A stretch of 64,000 nucleotides of DNA from Pocillopora damicornis (Eukaryota), in the NCBI RefSeq assembly GCF_003704095.1, contig NW_020847747.1, positions 310,001 through 374,000 on the forward strand. Direction: 5' to 3'. Below the pieces are notes generated by a model. The model ran no database searches and had not been told where the DNA came from. It saw only the letters and a program-made list of their open reading frames with translations. This document shows positions 57,971-64,000 of this stretch, piece by piece (position 1 is the stretch's first letter; each line of letters begins with the position of its first letter). Both the position numbers and the translations under genes were made by a program.

Positions 57971-58059
57971 AAAGTGTTGTTTCCTTTCTAATCAGTTTGC
58001 AACCATTTCAAGAATTTACACTCCTCTGTTAACATAACCCCTTCCTTTCCGAGTTCTTC

Positions 58060-58060
<1 letters not shown>

Positions 58061-58092
<32 letters not shown>
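58061..58092. repeat. Poly-C run (32 nt) upstream of the kinase gene
   Basis: Uninterrupted C32. Confidence 0.9.
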
Positions 58093-58617
58093 ACTCTCAG
58101 AAAGGCCCTTAACGTTTATCTCTACGGAGTGACAAAACCCCCTCAATCCCCCCAGAAAGAGAACTGGTTAGTAATGAATTTCCGTTCAACAGCGCACATG
58201 TGCATTTAGTTAAATTCAGGTTCAAAGATGTAGCGAAAGCGCATTGGTCAGGTAACGCGTTGCTGTCAGCGGCCATCGACTCAGCGTGATATCACGTGAT
58301 CCGTCCCAAGCTCCTCCCTCCACTTTGTTTTGAGTATGGCTCTAAATTATTTCCCATGAACAGAGCCCTATGGTTCCCCTGCGCTTGTGTATATTTTGGA
58401 TGAGCTGCGAGGGTTGATTTGTTTTTTGAAAACACTCCAATGTAAACGTATGCGTATTGTGGAAATAGGAGAGTTTGTGTGGGCTGAGGTGTAGCGCAAC
58501 ACTCGTGATCGTTCTACGGATGTGACAAGCTTCCCGTGCGTGGCTTCGCGACTAGGTAGAGATTCAAATTCTTCAGTGAGCAGTGCGGTCGTGAATTCAT
58601 CACTTTAGACTATCAAC

Positions 58618-63659
<5,042 letters not shown>

Positions 63660-63769
63660 TGAAGTTGCCATTGTTGTTGTCATCTTTATCATTATTATTA
63701 TCATCAGCATCATTATCATCACATCTAAGAGATAGTAAATATGCATTGATTGGTTGAGCTTAATAATAT

Positions 63770-63982
63770 TGATAACAGTAATAATAATAACATTAATTGA
63801 CCTCACACCCAAGCAGGGTTTTCAGTGCCAATACAAACAAATTGAAACAAACATTGTAAATAACCAACTGGCAGGAGACAGACCAGTTGGCTGTGTACAA
63901 AGCACAGCCAAGAAGTTGAACTTGGGGCAGTTGCAAACAAATCTAGAGAGCAGCAAGATGGAAGGTTTGAACCCAGGACCAG
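63770..63982 (-). mobile_element. SINE-like remnant with (TTA)n tail
   Basis: Minus strand begins GGTCCTGGGTTCAAACC (B-box-like) and ends in a TTA microsatellite. Confidence 0.5.
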
Positions 63983-64000
63983 CAGATTATTATAATCCTA

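Overview
AT-rich, intron-containing animal genomic DNA; gene style and repeats suggest an anthozoan, probably a stony coral (inference). In order: 3' end of a TBL1X/TBL1XR1 WD40 gene (+); an HSPA12-type atypical Hsp70 (-) head-to-head, 336 bp ATG to ATG, with a coiled-coil plus MIEAP-like gene (+); an intronless PTB/PID gene (-); a filamin-like gene with three CH domains and at least 13 Ig repeats (-, spans a 236-N gap); a U12 snRNA with a PSE-like element; a probable decayed PTB copy and three more intronless PTB genes; DDX3/PL10 (+); and the 5' part of a MAP4K4/MINK1/TNIK kinase (+). Non-coding DNA holds MITEs, tRNA-derived SINE remnants and a dispersed ~150-bp repeat (six loci) carrying a minimal hammerhead-like motif. 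Best candidate for a new system: the HSPA12 / MIEAP-like divergent pair, because the partner's C-terminus resembles a GrpE beta-head and its N-terminus carries a myristoylation motif, suggesting a membrane-anchored DnaK/GrpE-like module. All exon structures were assembled by eye from GT/AG signals and translation.
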